Of a stretch of 1,299 nucleotides of DNA, positions 1 through 1,299 are shown in pieces (within the stretch, counting starts at the first letter, position 1; each line of letters starts with the position of its first letter). Position numbers and translations under genes: made by a program. The notes under the pieces were generated by a model. The model was not told where the DNA came from. It ran no database searches and saw only the letters and a list, made by a program, of their open reading frames with translations. Source of the stretch: a phage; the sequence record OR846075.1; one strand, written 5' to 3'.

Positions 1-181
1 GTCGTTGATGACCGCTTTTATGGCGGAGTATGACAGCGGCGAGATTGTCATCGACCCGAAAGAACTGTTGGAAGCAAATTGGTACCGTTATGACGATCTG
101 CCGCTACTACCGCCACCGGGCACCGTCGCGCGCCGTTTGATCGAAGATACGGTGGCAATGTGTCGGGCTGAATATGATTGA
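1..181 (+). CDS. nudC: NADH pyrophosphatase NudC, C-terminal part (5' end outside window)
   Basis: Frame starting at position 2 translates without stops to ...[53 protein letters not shown], ending at TGA 179-181. This matches the NudC C-terminus as I recall it, and the position directly upstream of hemE matches the native nudC-hemE arrangement. Confidence 0.88.
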
Positions 182-207
182 CATGTTACACTGGGCGCAT
201 CAACGCT

Positions 208-213
208 AAAGGA
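208..213 (+). promoter_or_regulatory. Shine-Dalgarno for hemE (AAAGGA), 8 nt upstream of the ATG at 222
   Basis: aaagga at 208-213, then an 8-nt spacer (atgtaaaa) before ATG 222-224. Purine-rich, good SD spacing. Confidence 0.55.
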
Positions 214-221
214 ATGTAAAA

Positions 222-948
<727 letters not shown>

Positions 949-951
949 TTA

Positions 952-957
952 CTCTTC
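952..957 (-). promoter_or_regulatory. Putative Shine-Dalgarno for pstC (GAAGAG on the - strand), 6 nt upstream of the ATG
   Basis: The - strand reads actGAAGAGtaacttATG. Purine-rich hexamer with a 6-nt spacer to the start at 945. Confidence 0.4.
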
Positions 958-987
958 AGTTAAACGCGTTTACAAAGTCATTTTGTA

Positions 988-1024
988 ATGCCGGATAAGC
1001 CGTTTAATGCCTTATCCGGCCTGG
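988..1024. repeat. REP-like palindromic element in the pstS-pstC intergenic region: perfect 10-bp inverted repeat gccggataag (990-999) / cttatccggc (1011-1020) with an 11-nt loop
   Basis: The two arms are exact reverse complements, seen directly. The right arm with flank, gccttatccggcctgg, resembles the 3' half of the enterobacterial REP consensus (..GCCTTATCCGGCCTAC). It sits 12-44 nt downstream of the pstS stop on the transcribed (-) strand. It is not followed by a U-tract on that strand, so it looks like an RNA-stabilising or attenuating hairpin rather than a canonical intrinsic terminator. Confidence 0.7.
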
Positions 1025-1031
1025 AGTTTTA

Positions 1032-1299
<268 letters not shown>

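Noticed and set aside
178-183. Perfect TTGACA hexamer overlapping the nudC stop codon, considered as a -35 element for a hemE promoter
   Set aside because: No acceptable -10 hexamer 16-18 bp downstream (caacgc at 201-206), and the implied start site would leave almost no leader before the SD. hemE is more plausibly co-transcribed with nudC or driven from a promoter inside nudC that I cannot pin down by eye.
990-1020. REP palindrome considered as a canonical rho-independent terminator for pstS
   Set aside because: On the transcribed (- ) strand the stem is followed by A-rich sequence (attacaaaa), not a U-tract, so it does not fit the intrinsic terminator pattern. Better described as a REP-type stabilising or attenuating hairpin.

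Overview
The window is a composite of two well-known enterobacterial housekeeping loci (Escherichia/Shigella-like, judged from protein sequences I recognise) joined at an abrupt breakpoint near position 481-485. Left part, + strand: the 3' end of nudC (NADH pyrophosphatase, stop at 179-181), a 40-bp spacer with a Shine-Dalgarno, and the first 88 codons of hemE (uroporphyrinogen decarboxylase, start 222). Right part, - strand: the 3' end of pstS (1032-1299), the pstS-pstC intergenic region carrying a REP-like perfect palindrome (990-1020), and the first 155 codons of pstC (945 down to 481). hemE and pstC are both truncated at the breakpoint, and each reads on into the antisense of the other until a chance stop (hemE' at 495-497, pstC' at 397-399). 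I see no defence system, toxin-antitoxin pair, CRISPR array, integrase or IS end, so I do not claim a novel biological system. The one noteworthy item is the junction itself. It is a novel joint between loci that are, from my memory of the E. coli K-12 map, about 290 kb apart on either side of oriC, in the orientation expected for a tandem duplication or circular excision; it could equally be an assembly or cloning chimera. All identifications are from reading the translations; no database search was run.
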